DNA of 64,000 nt from Candidatus Poribacteria bacterium. GTDB taxonomy: Bacteria > Poribacteria > WGA-4E > WGA-3G. Each line of letters opens with the position of its first letter. Positions within the stretch are counted from its first letter, which is position 1. Under the pieces are notes generated by a model. It searched no databases. It saw nothing but the letters and a program-made list of their open reading frames with translations, and was not told where the DNA came from. Where the stretch lies: positions 192,001-256,000 of the forward strand of contig OZ251518.1 of NCBI GenBank assembly GCA_965242965.1, given 5' to 3'. This document shows, one piece after another, positions 38,571-48,196 of the stretch. A program made the position numbers and the translations under genes.

Positions 38571-39110
38571 TGAGGGTGTTTCATAACTCCGTTATGGATA
38601 CCTCTTTAGGTCCTTTAGCACCTACATGTCTATAGAAAAACAGACATGCCACTGTTTTCAAGGTCCTTTAGGTCCTTAATCCAGCGGCAGCGAGGTGAGC
38701 CGCGGCACATTAAGGTCCTACAGACCTTAGGATGCGCTGCGATGCAAAATGCTATAGACATTAAGGTCTTACAGACCTTAGGCATGGCGAGGGAAACCCG
38801 CTCGGATGCGCGTGTGGCATGCGAGGGCCCAAGCCCTACGGTGAAAGGCGGCGGCCTTGCATATCGTAGCGCGGGGGCCTGTCCCCCGCTTTGGCCAGCG
38901 TCACGATGTCTGTTTCCCCCACTGTAGTTTGTGATCGCCTGATCACAACGGGGTCAGGAGCAGGTGCTCCTGACCTACAAGGGTGATGCGGTTTGTCAGC
39001 CAAACGCGTGGCGAGGGACAGGCCCTCGCCCTACGGTGAGGGGAACCGTTTTTTTTCATCGTATCGCGGGGCGTGTCACCGCGATCGTTGGGCGATTTAT
39101 GAAACCCTCA
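38571..39110. mobile_element. TIR-bounded composite REP element (MITE-like) with a candidate 3-bp target duplication
   Basis: Left TGAGGGTGTTTCATA, right TATGAAACCCTCA; ATT immediately outside the GAG...CTC ends on both sides (38569-38571, 39110-39112). Confidence 0.7.
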
Positions 39111-39121
39111 TTATATCCCAT

Positions 39122-39150
39122 ATTATACCAAAAAGCGCGTAAAATGTCAA
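39122..39150 (-). promoter_or_regulatory. consensus sigma70 promoter pointing into the repeat element and the DUF499-DUF1156 operon
   Basis: Minus strand perfect TTGACA-17 bp-TATAAT with extended -10 TG. Confidence 0.8.
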
Positions 39151-39164
39151 AAGAAAAAAATCAG

Positions 39165-39193
39165 TTGCATTTCCAGAAAAATTGTGTTATATT
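39165..39193 (+). promoter_or_regulatory. sigma70-type promoter, probably giving a leaderless ZIP mRNA
   Basis: TTGCAT-17 bp-TATATT with extended -10; ATG 39200 begins 7 nt downstream; no SD. Confidence 0.55.
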
Positions 39194-39199
39194 TTAAAC

Positions 39200-39943
39200 A
39201 TGCTCATATTTTATTTAGCCATTGCGGTTTTGACGGTGCCTTTCGGCGCGGGCATCGCCTTCATCTCGCGCACGCAGCAACGCCATTTCGGGATTATCTT
39301 CGGGTTTACGGCAGGTGCAGTCCTCGGCATCGTCTTAATGCTCATGATGCACCTTTACACGGAACAAGGCGGTGCCACCATTTTCGTGATGTGGGGAGGG
39401 TTTCTGCTTATCACGGTGTTGGAATACTTCACGCGGCGGAGGGGAAACGCTCCCCGCACCCACACAAAAAACCTCAGCCTTGACTTAACGCTCCTCGGCC
39501 TGTCCATTCACTCTCTCGCCGATGGGTTCAACCTCGTCATCGCCGAGAGAGAGGCAGCCCTCGGCGGCATGCTAGTTTTGGCAACTCTACTGCACCGACT
39601 CCCCATCGCCACGGTGATGGCGGCCGCACTCTATAAACAGGATAGTGACAAACCGGCAGGGAACACTTTCATTCGGATAATCGGAAAATTGACACCGCTG
39701 ATGTTGGGACCGCTAGTCGGCGCGCTTGCCGGTGAACGACTGCTCCAAGGGACTTTCAAAGAATTCACCGAATATCTGACAGCCTTCGCCGCCGGCACCT
39801 TGTTGCACGTTGTGATGGACGAATTTCGCGCGAGCGAACCAAGCACCGGCCGCATCTCTAAAGTCGTGTTTATCATCGGATTTATCCTCACGTTCTGTCT
39901 GATTTACTTCTTCCAGGGGTTTGACCTTGAGCATCATCACTGA
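39200..39943 (+). CDS. ZIP family divalent metal transporter
   Basis: About 8 TM helices; SIHSLADG, LLHRLP and FAAGTLLHV motifs. Confidence 0.85.
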   Translation: MLIFYLAIAVLTVPFGAGIAFISRTQQRHFGIIFGFTAGAVLGIVLMLMMHLYTEQGGATIFVMWGGFLLITVLEYFTRRRGNAPRTHTKNLSLDLTLLGLSIHSLADGFNLVIAEREAALGGMLVLATLLHRLPIATVMAAALYKQDSDKPAGNTFIRIIGKLTPLMLGPLVGALAGERLLQGTFKEFTEYLTAFAAGTLLHVVMDEFRASEPSTGRISKVVFIIGFILTFCLIYFFQGFDLEHHH

Positions 39944-42452
39944 CATCAAGAAAACCGGCGTTATCTTCATCACCTTCGTCACCTTCGTTATCTTATTGTG
40001 CTTGTTAATCTTCACTACATCGGTGAAAGGTGCTGACGTGCCGCTCGTTGCATCAGGAGAACCGCGCGCCACGCTACAAATCGGATCTGGTGCTTCGGAA
40101 CAGGAACAGTTCGCCGCAACCGAAATACAGCACTTCATCCAGCAATTCACCGGCGCGACGCTGGACATTCTGACGAATCGCGAACGGACGACAACACCGG
40201 CGGTAATCGTGTTAGGCACGCCTGAATCAAACCCCACAATCGCCGGGTTACAGGCGAATGCAAACTTGACATTGGCTGAAACCCTCGGCGACGAGGGATA
40301 TCGACTGAAGACAATTGAATTCGGCACAGAAATTCTTTTCGTTATCACGGCGCACACGCCGCGCGGCGTGCTTTACGGTGCATACAGTTTCATTGAAGCG
40401 TGCATCACCGCACTCACAGGATTATCGCCTGTGCATCCGGAGGTATCCGTCAAGCGTTCGCCCGCGCTACTCGTGCCGTTTCTGGATGAGACATCACAAC
40501 CTTTCTATCCCGTGCGCGCCGTGTTGGAGATAGTCGAACCTGACTGGCTCGCGCGCCACCGGGTAAATATGAGCGGTGCCGAAGGTGGCTTGATCGGCAC
40601 AGGCATCGAAGATGGATTCGGCGCGGCGTTTAAATATATTGATACCCCCGCGTTTGAAGCACTGCAAGATGAACCGCGCGCGCAAAGATTAGAACGGATT
40701 GAAACGCTACAAAATAGGTTCAACGCCCTCAAACAGCGCGGGATTGATGCCTATCTCTTTATGTATGTCACCGGTGAGCCGACAGAGGCACTGATTCGGG
40801 AAATGCCAGAGGTGCTAGGACCGGCGGTGCTTTACGGTGCCTCGCGGAACGAGGTTTCGTATCGGCCCTTCTGCTGGACTAGACCCGAATTCCATGTCCT
40901 CGCGCGGCAGTTAACTCAAGAAATTGTGAGAACCTATCCGGCACTGGCAGGGTTCCACCTTCGTTCGTGGGGACGTGAGACGCGCGGCTGCGATTGTCCG
41001 GAGTGCGGTGACAGGACAACAGAACAGGGACAGGCGCAATTGTGGCAGGTCTACTTTACAATCATCAGTGCTGCACGGGAGGTGAAGCCGGATTTCAAGT
41101 TCTACATTTCGGGATACGATAGTAGTTGGTTGAAGGATGCCGCGGGAGTCTACGCGCAGCAACTACCGAAAGGCACGATTTTCTCCCGAAAATGGGGCGC
41201 GGATGGCGCACCTGTCGCCGATGCTGGCGTGGCGATTCCACAGATGAACGCCCTCGTTGAAATGGGGCACCGCTTCATCGTTTTATCTCACGATGTCGAA
41301 GAAGTGATGCCGTTCTGGATGCTGGAGAGTGATTTGTTTGTGCAAGGCGTGCGACAACTCGCGAACAACCCGAACGCCACCGGTTTAAGCGGGTTCACCG
41401 TGCAAGGCGCGACGCAGGGACTCGGCTACCTTGATAGACTCGTCAGCGCGCGCCTGAATTGGGATATTGAACTTGACGCTTTTCAACTCATGCACAACGA
41501 ATTAGTGGGAAGATACGGTTCCGAAGCGGCACCCCTCATTCTCAATGCCTTGCGCGTCAACGGTTGGAATCTGGCGAGTTACTTTACAGACTACGCCTCC
41601 TCACTCACCGTGGGAGGCACTTATGGCAGTGGTTCCGCCGCGTTCGCAACGCGGTTTTGGGAACTCATCGGCCCGCGCGCTGTCAAGGATACTCTCGCGA
41701 TACCGGACTTGGAAACGGCGAGAACTTCGGTGAACCGGTTCACGTCACTCTTGGCACCGCAGCAGCAATCGGCAAACGAAATGCGCGATGCAAGTGAAGT
41801 GGCAAACTCGTTCGATGGGGAAGCGGCGGAAGATTTACAAGACGCTGTCCACTTGATGGAATTGTGGGTGCAATTCTTCGCGAGCCGCGCGAAACTCGTT
41901 GAAGCAATAGTTCTCGGCTATGAACCCGGTACCGAAAGTGCTATCCGTGCCAAACTGACAAGCGCGATAGAATTTTCAAAATCGATGCAGCCGCATGTCA
42001 GGGGCATTCAGGAGTTCGTCCCGGTCTTCGGTTACTCGCATCGGACGATTGAGGCGGAGCTGCTGAGCCCCTTAAACGGCGAAGCCGCATGGCTCACCAG
42101 TTTTGACCACCAAGTCTTGCGGAAATACGAGGATAGTTTTTCACCGGAGGGAACGCCGCTCCGCATCTCGGCAGTCCATAACTATCCAAACCCGCTGAAG
42201 CGGAAAACCACGTTCACCTATCAGTTGTCGGTGGATGCCGATGAAGTTTCCATCGCCATTTATTCGACATCGGGCCGCAGGGTCGCCGTTTTGACTGAAC
42301 TGCCGGTGAACGAAGGTTACAACGAATTTTTATGGAATGCGCAAGATGCGGATGGCATGCCGCTCGCCAACGGTGTCTATTTCTATCGAATCCGCGCTAG
42401 CGTTGAGGATGAGCGAGTGGAGGCACTTGGCAGACTAGCGGTGTTGAGATAA
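39921..42452 (+). CDS. secreted glycoside-hydrolase-like protein (GH67/GH20-like N-domain, putative TIM barrel) with C-terminal FlgD-Ig/T9SS-like domain
   Basis: N-terminal hydrophobic signal; AATEIQHFI..DEGYRL..RGVLYGAY; CDCPEC; C-terminal NYPNP...WNAQDADG..LANGVYFYRI. Confidence 0.7.
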   Translation: MTLSIITDIKKTGVIFITFVTFVILLCLLIFTTSVKGADVPLVASGEPRATLQIGSGASEQEQFAATEIQHFIQQFTGATLDILTNRERTTTPAVIVLGTPESNPTIAGLQANANLTLAETLGDEGYRLKTIEFGTEILFVITAHTPRGVLYGAYSFIEACITALTGLSPVHPEVSVKRSPALLVPFLDETSQPFYPVRAVLEIVEPDWLARHRVNMSGAEGGLIGTGIEDGFGAAFKYIDTPAFEALQDEPRAQRLERIETLQNRFNALKQRGIDAYLFMYVTGEPTEALIREMPEVLGPAVLYGASRNEVSYRPFCWTRPEFHVLARQLTQEIVRTYPALAGFHLRSWGRETRGCDCPECGDRTTEQGQAQLWQVYFTIISAAREVKPDFKFYISGYDSSWLKDAAGVYAQQLPKGTIFSRKWGADGAPVADAGVAIPQMNALVEMGHRFIVLSHDVEEVMPFWMLESDLFVQGVRQLANNPNATGLSGFTVQGATQGLGYLDRLVSARLNWDIELDAFQLMHNELVGRYGSEAAPLILNALRVNGWNLASYFTDYASSLTVGGTYGSGSAAFATRFWELIGPRAVKDTLAIPDLETARTSVNRFTSLLAPQQQSANEMRDASEVANSFDGEAAEDLQDAVHLMELWVQFFASRAKLVEAIVLGYEPGTESAIRAKLTSAIEFSKSMQPHVRGIQEFVPVFGYSHRTIEAELLSPLNGEAAWLTSFDHQVLRKYEDSFSPEGTPLRISAVHNYPNPLKRKTTFTYQLSVDADEVSIAIYSTSGRRVAVLTELPVNEGYNEFLWNAQDADGMPLANGVYFYRIRASVEDERVEALGRLAVLR

Positions 42453-42453
42453 C

Positions 42454-42658
42454 TGAGGGTGTTTCATATTTCGATGCGTTCGGTAGGAGAGCCCTCGGGT
42501 CTTGATGTTCCCGTAGCGCGGGGGCCTGTCCCCCGCCATGCGTTTGGCTGGCAGACCTCCTTACCCCTGTAGGTCAGGAGCGCCTGATCCTGACCCGTTC
42601 GGGAGCAGGCGCTCCCGAACTACAGAAGTGGGCCCGATGCCTTTATGAAACACCCTCA
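42454..42658. mobile_element. smallest TIR-bounded REP element (205 bp)
   Basis: Perfect 15-bp TIR TGAGGGTGTTTCATA / TATGAAACACCCTCA; four GTAG hairpin modules inside. Confidence 0.75.
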
Positions 42659-42748
42659 GATAATACCAAACGACGTTGATTCATCCACTGACTCTTCAGG
42701 CGATTCGCACCTACAGAACGCATATTTTTAGATGCAAGGAGGCTAACA

Positions 42749-43852
42749 ATGCACCGCGCATATTTACTACTAACGCTATCACTTTTCCTCATCGGTTGTC
42801 AATCACAAACATTACAGGAACACCTGTTGGAAGCACCGCCGCCACTCATCAACTTCGCCTTGAGCCGCAACGGCGCGACCGCGGTTGCCTCACAATCTGT
42901 TCCTAACCACCGCCCGGAGGAAGTCATCGATGGCGACACCAATTCCGAGACGTGGGACGAAGGCAGCGGATGGGGATGCAGTTTGGAGCATCTGCGCACC
43001 TCAGATTTGAACAAGCGTCCCTATGTGTTAGTTGAACTCGCCAGACCGGTTGACATCCGCCGCATCGTCGTCTGGACGATTGACGCAGCGCAATACCCGG
43101 CTACGCAATTCGGTTTGAAAGACTATCGCATCGAGTATTGGCACGGCACAGGTTGGGGTTTAATTCCGTCCGGTGATACGAAAGATAAGCAGTATACGGC
43201 ACGGAGCAACACCAAAGGCACGCGCGTTCATGAGATTCAGCAACGCCTTATTGCCCAGAAAGTGCGGCTTGTCCCGGTATCCTCAAACGATACCGTGCGC
43301 AATTACCAGCACATGGCGGGCAAACGTCCCGTTTACGCGGTGGAGGGCATCGCGCGGGTGATGGAGTTGGAGATCTGGGGGTATGCCGCGCCGATAGTTC
43401 ATACTCTCAAGCAGCTCGCGCAAGGCATCCCCCCGGAGGCGATGAGTCAGTCTGTCCCGATGGAGGAAGCGCGCGCTGGACAACAAATCGGTGAACCGAC
43501 GAACGAAGAGGCAATCCGCAGCGTCTTAAACCGATATGAATTAGGGTATGATACCGCTGACCTGGGGCAGGTGATGTCTTGTTTTTCGGATTCGTATCTG
43601 TCCAATGGGCGCACGTATCAGGACGTTCAAAGCAAGGCGGCGCGCTTTTTCGAGGCGCATCACCAGATCGACATGACGTTGTCAAACATCGACATCCATC
43701 CCAACATCGCCGATGACACGGCGATTGTGACTGGCATTTATACCTTGCAGCGCACCCCGAAAGCGAATGGGCAAGTGGAGCAAACGTCGGGGAAATTGAC
43801 GTTGGTCTTGGCGAATGAAGATGAAACTTGGCGGATTATTCGTGCGGAGTAA
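42749..43852 (+). CDS. lipoprotein with discoidin/F5-8C-like domain and C-terminal NTF2/SnoaL-like domain
   Basis: Lipobox LIGC; NFAL..GATAVAS...VIDGD...W; ELEIWG; C-terminal FSDSY...WRII. Confidence 0.75.
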   Translation: MHRAYLLLTLSLFLIGCQSQTLQEHLLEAPPPLINFALSRNGATAVASQSVPNHRPEEVIDGDTNSETWDEGSGWGCSLEHLRTSDLNKRPYVLVELARPVDIRRIVVWTIDAAQYPATQFGLKDYRIEYWHGTGWGLIPSGDTKDKQYTARSNTKGTRVHEIQQRLIAQKVRLVPVSSNDTVRNYQHMAGKRPVYAVEGIARVMELEIWGYAAPIVHTLKQLAQGIPPEAMSQSVPMEEARAGQQIGEPTNEEAIRSVLNRYELGYDTADLGQVMSCFSDSYLSNGRTYQDVQSKAARFFEAHHQIDMTLSNIDIHPNIADDTAIVTGIYTLQRTPKANGQVEQTSGKLTLVLANEDETWRIIRAE

Positions 43853-43872
43853 GGGCAAAGTCCTAATAGCAT

Positions 43873-44567
43873 CGTAGCGCGGGGGCCTGTCCCCCGCGAT
43901 CGCTCAGGCAAACCGAAATAGCCTCGTAGCGCGGGGGCCTGTCCCCCGCGATCGTTCGGTCAAACCGAATAGCCTCGTAGCGCGGGGGCCTGTCCCCCGC
44001 GAATGCTCAGTCAAACCGAATAGCTCGTAGATCGTTCAGTCAAACCGAAACCGCCCGCAGCGGCCTTGATACAACCGATGCATGGCGAGGGACAGGCCCT
44101 CGCCCTACGACGCGCGGAAGTTATTTGGAAATGGAAATAGCGGGGTCCACATTAAGGTCCTACAGACCTTAGACATTGCCGTTCCGGGCGTGCTATAGAC
44201 ATTAAGGTCCTACGGACCTAAAGAGTAGGGGAGACCTTTAGCCTCGTAGCGCGGGGGCCTGTCCCCCGCGATCCCTCAGTCAAACCGAATAGCCTCGTAG
44301 CGCGGGGGCCTGTCCCCCGCGATCGTTCGGTCAAACCGAAACCGTCCGTTGCGGCATTGATACAACCGATGCATGGCGAGGGACAGGCCCTCGCCCTACG
44401 ATACGCGGAGAGTGCGGCGCGGCATGGCGAGGGACAGGCCCTCGCCCTACGGTGTGCGGAAGCTATTTTGGAAACAGCGAGGGACAGGCCCTCGCCCTAC
44501 GGCTGAGTAGGAGAGACCTCCTGGTCTCGATGCAATACGCTGGCGAGGGACAGGCCCCCGCCCTACG
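43873..44567. repeat. REP block with 51-52-bp tandem units and a larger internal duplication
   Basis: GTAGCGCGGGGGCCTGTCCCCCGCG at 43874, 43926, 43977, 44246 and 44297; several inverted GGCGAGGGACAGGCCCTCGCCCTAC. Confidence 0.92.
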
Positions 44568-44588
44568 ATGACCGGAAACTATGACTTC

Positions 44589-45809
44589 ATGAAAACCTTC
44601 ACGATGATTTTTCTCGGCTGTGTTGTGCTGCTACTCGTCGGTTGTGGGATATCTACCACAACACCGAACGTAATAACGCATCCGCACGCAGAACTGCAGA
44701 CAGAGATCGACAGCGTTTTGCAAGATGCACTCTTCACCTCGGCGCACATCGGGATAAAGGTTGTCGCTGTTAAGACAGGAGAGGTGCTTTATGCGAAAAA
44801 TGTCCACAAGCTGCACCACCCCGCCTCGACGATGAAGCTCATCACAGCGGCGGCGGCTTTGGCAAAATTGGGTCCTGACTTCCGGTTCAAGACGACGCTT
44901 TATGCCGATGCTATTGTCGATGGGCACGTGACAGGGAATGTCTACCTCAAAGGCAAGGCTGACCCGATTCTCCAAGAAGGCGCGTTGAGGGAAATGGTTA
45001 ATGCTTTACGCGAGGCTGGTGTTCACTCAGTCTCCGGCGGTATCGTCGTTGATGAAACATATTTGGATTCCGTGCGGGAAGGCCCCGGATGGATGTGGGA
45101 CGATAAGCCGTTAGGGTTGAGCGCGCTAGCCATCCGAGGCGGCGCAGTTGAGGATAGAGCCCTCGCCTGTGGCACTGTGCTGAAGGAGATGCTGCAGCGA
45201 GAAGGCATCGTTGTCAATGGAGAAGTATCTGACGGCACGGTGCCGCTGGATGCTGTCGTCATTGCCAAGCATCTGTCGCCGCCGTTGGCGGATATCCTTA
45301 AGTTGATGAACAAGCCGAGTGATAACGCTATCGCTGAGTTGATTTTCAAAACCCTTGGCGCGGAAGTGAAGGGTGAACCGGGAACGTGGCAAAAGGGGAG
45401 GCAGGTGATTGGCGAATTTTTGGAGGAAATAGATGCGGCGTTTCGGGTTGTGGACGGCTCAGGGCTCTCTCGTTACAACCTTGTCACGGCGGAACTGCTA
45501 GTGGACTTACTCGTTTTCGTTTACAATGATTTTGAACTGATGCCGGACTATGTGGCATCGCTGCCGATTGCTGGTGTTGATGGGACGTTGAAAAATCGGA
45601 TGAAAGGTGTCCGGGCAGAAAGAGTGCTCCGCGCGAAAACAGGCACCTTAAGCGGAGTCTCCGCGTTGGCAGGCTATACCGTCACTGCAAATGGCGAGGT
45701 GTTGGCGTTCAGCATCCTTATTAGTCACTACGCCGGTCCGGCGGCACCTGCGCGGCGTATCCAAGATACAATCGGGAATTGTTTGACACGGTGGAGCCGG
45801 GACTGGTAA
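44589..45809 (+). CDS. dacB: D-alanyl-D-alanine carboxypeptidase/endopeptidase (PBP4, peptidase S13), lipoprotein
   Basis: PASTMK, KPSDN, DGSGLSR and AKTGTL motifs; LVGC lipobox. Confidence 0.92.
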   Translation: MKTFTMIFLGCVVLLLVGCGISTTTPNVITHPHAELQTEIDSVLQDALFTSAHIGIKVVAVKTGEVLYAKNVHKLHHPASTMKLITAAAALAKLGPDFRFKTTLYADAIVDGHVTGNVYLKGKADPILQEGALREMVNALREAGVHSVSGGIVVDETYLDSVREGPGWMWDDKPLGLSALAIRGGAVEDRALACGTVLKEMLQREGIVVNGEVSDGTVPLDAVVIAKHLSPPLADILKLMNKPSDNAIAELIFKTLGAEVKGEPGTWQKGRQVIGEFLEEIDAAFRVVDGSGLSRYNLVTAELLVDLLVFVYNDFELMPDYVASLPIAGVDGTLKNRMKGVRAERVLRAKTGTLSGVSALAGYTVTANGEVLAFSILISHYAGPAAPARRIQDTIGNCLTRWSRDW

Positions 45810-45920
45810 GCGCGATTACAGGGGTTGGCATACATCGTAGATTCAAAGGAAAAGTAGGAGAGACCTCCTGGTCTCGATGCTATAGGACTGTTGACATACG
45901 TCGTAGATTTAGAGGAAAAT

Positions 45921-47081
45921 ATGAAAGATGTCGTTATCGTATCCGCAGTGCGCACCGCTGTCGGCAAAGCGGGAAGAGGGACACTGCGAGACACGCGTCC
46001 TGATGAACTCGCCGCGGTCGCCCTGCGCGCCGCTGTTGAAAAACTATCAAACCTTGAGCCAGCGGCGATTGACGATGTCATCATCGGGTGTGCCTCGCCG
46101 GAGGAAGAGCAGGGTTACAACGTCGCGCGGGTTGCGAGTTTACGCGCAGGGTTACCCGTTTCTGTGTCTGCGATGACGCTCAATCGGTTCTGTGCATCCG
46201 GGTTGGAATCCATCGCCGTGGGTGCGGAGAGAATTTTGGCTGGGCGCGCGGAGGTAGTCCTCGCGGGCGGTGTAGAGAGCATGAGTCGCGTGCCGTTCGC
46301 CGAGAATCTCTCACCGAATCCGTATTTGATGGAACACGCCCCAGAGGCATATCTCAGCATGGGTTTGACAGCGGAGAACCTCGCGCAGAAATATGGCATC
46401 TCGCGCGAGGCACAAGACGCGTTCGCTTTGGAGAGTCATCGCAAGGCGATTCGGGCAATAGATAAAGGCAAATTCTACGCCGAAATCGTGCCTGTCCCGG
46501 TTGGCAAAATCGCCGAACGGAAACCTCTCTATCCGTTCTTCACCAGAGATGAAGGCGTGCGGCGAGATACGTCACTGGAAACGTTGGCATCCCTCAAACC
46601 TGTTTTCCGTGAGGACGGAACGGTGACAGCGGGCAATGCCTCACAGATGAGCGATGGCGCGGCGGCTGTCGTCCTGATGTCTGCCGAACGTGCAGAGAGC
46701 GAGGGATATCCCCCGTTGGCGCGGTTTGTCAGTTACGCAACAGCGGGCGTTCCGCCAGAGATTATGGGAATCGGGCCCGTGCCTGCAATTCCAAAAGCAC
46801 TCCACTCCGCAGGGTTAACGCTGGAGGATTTGGACGTAATTGAACTGAACGAGGCATTTGCCGTGCAAGCACTCGCTGTGATTCAAGAGGCGGAATTGGC
46901 AGAAAAAAAAGTGAATCCGAATGGCGGCGCGATTGCGTTGGGACATCCCCTCGGCTGCACCGGGACAAAACTAACGGTGACGCTCATCAACGAGATGCAT
47001 CGGCAAAACTACCGATACGGCATGGTGACGATGTGTGTCGGCGGAGGGATGGGGGCCGCCGGGATTTTTGAACGTTTGTAG
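45921..47081 (+). CDS. acetyl-CoA C-acyltransferase (thiolase)
   Basis: NRFCASGL, ELNEAFA, GHPLGCTG and MCVGGGMG motifs. Confidence 0.95.
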   Translation: MKDVVIVSAVRTAVGKAGRGTLRDTRPDELAAVALRAAVEKLSNLEPAAIDDVIIGCASPEEEQGYNVARVASLRAGLPVSVSAMTLNRFCASGLESIAVGAERILAGRAEVVLAGGVESMSRVPFAENLSPNPYLMEHAPEAYLSMGLTAENLAQKYGISREAQDAFALESHRKAIRAIDKGKFYAEIVPVPVGKIAERKPLYPFFTRDEGVRRDTSLETLASLKPVFREDGTVTAGNASQMSDGAAAVVLMSAERAESEGYPPLARFVSYATAGVPPEIMGIGPVPAIPKALHSAGLTLEDLDVIELNEAFAVQALAVIQEAELAEKKVNPNGGAIALGHPLGCTGTKLTVTLINEMHRQNYRYGMVTMCVGGGMGAAGIFERL

Positions 47082-47191
47082 TTCCGGTGCCTGAAGCGCG
47101 GGGGTTGTCCTCCGCAAGCCGCTTTGGCGGCATCAACACGGCGAGGGATATGCCCTCGCCCAACAATGTTAAAGTCTGTAAAGGAGAAAAT

Positions 47192-48196
47192 ATGCAAACT
47201 CACGTTTATCTCTCCATTGCCGGAGAAAATAGAATTGCGATTTACACGCTGGATGCTGGCACCGGCGCGATTGAATTTCAGGAAGACATCTCGGTGAGCG
47301 GCTCGCCGGGGCCGTTGGCACTCGCGCCGTGCGGTGAGTATCTCTACGCCGGACTTCGTTCCAGCCGGGAAATCGCCAGTTTCCGCATTGACGCGACTAG
47401 CAAGCAGCTCATCCTTTTGCGCACGGTTCAATTGGACGCGGACACTTGCTACATCGCGCCCGACAAAACGGGACGCTTTTTGCTCTCCGCCTATTACGGT
47501 GCAGGCAAGGTGACCGTGCATGCAATCGGCGAGGATAAGACGGTGAAAGGCGAACCTATCCAGACGGTGGAAACCGCGCCGCATGCACACTGCATCGAGA
47601 CAGACGCGTCTAACCGATTCGTCTACGTGCCGCACACCGTGCCACGAAACGCCATCTATCAGTTTCACTTTAACGAAGAGACTGGCATGCTGTCCGAAAA
47701 TAGCAACGGGCACTTGCATCCGGCTGAACCGATTGGCCCGCGCCACTACTGCTTGAATCCACACAAACCGATCCTTTATTCTTCCGATGAACAAGGCTCA
47801 AGTGCGAGCGTTTACGCAGTTGATGAAACGGATGGGAGTCTATCGCATCTGCAGACGCTCTCCACGCTGCCTGCAGATTTTGAGGGTGATAACACCTGCG
47901 CGCAGATTCACATCACGCCGAACGCGAACTTTCTCTACGTTTCTAACCGCGGGCACGACAGCATCGCCGTGTTCGCCATTGACGAGGAAAGCGGACAATT
48001 AACCGCGATTGGCCACCAATTAACCGAGCCCACGCCGCGCGTCTTCAATATTGACGAGACAGGGAATTTCCTATTCGCCGGTGGACTAGGTTCGGGCAAA
48101 CTGGCTACTTATCGCATTGATGGGGAGAGCGGGGGACTCTCGCCGCTTGCAACCTATGCCATCGGCGAAAATCCGATGTGGGTGCTTTTTTTATGA
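47192..48196 (+). CDS. pgl: 6-phosphogluconolactonase-like (lactonase, 7-bladed propeller)
   Basis: AYYGAG, HAHC, GPRH, LYVSNRGHDSIA and PRVFNID motifs; AGGAG RBS before ATG 47192. Confidence 0.85.
   Translation: MQTHVYLSIAGENRIAIYTLDAGTGAIEFQEDISVSGSPGPLALAPCGEYLYAGLRSSREIASFRIDATSKQLILLRTVQLDADTCYIAPDKTGRFLLSAYYGAGKVTVHAIGEDKTVKGEPIQTVETAPHAHCIETDASNRFVYVPHTVPRNAIYQFHFNEETGMLSENSNGHLHPAEPIGPRHYCLNPHKPILYSSDEQGSSASVYAVDETDGSLSHLQTLSTLPADFEGDNTCAQIHITPNANFLYVSNRGHDSIAVFAIDEESGQLTAIGHQLTEPTPRVFNIDETGNFLFAGGLGSGKLATYRIDGESGGLSPLATYAIGENPMWVLFL

Noticed and set aside
38264-38584. 106-aa minus-strand ORF upstream of DUF499
   Set aside because: It starts inside the TIR, crosses a REP remnant and the poly-C tract, and has no recognisable motif; an internal ATG cannot be fully excluded.
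43873-44340. Tandem 51-52-bp units (also 55147-55262, 54168-54300, 57353-57686) as CRISPR arrays
   Set aside because: The 'spacers' are near-identical between units, so these are tandem duplications of REP modules.
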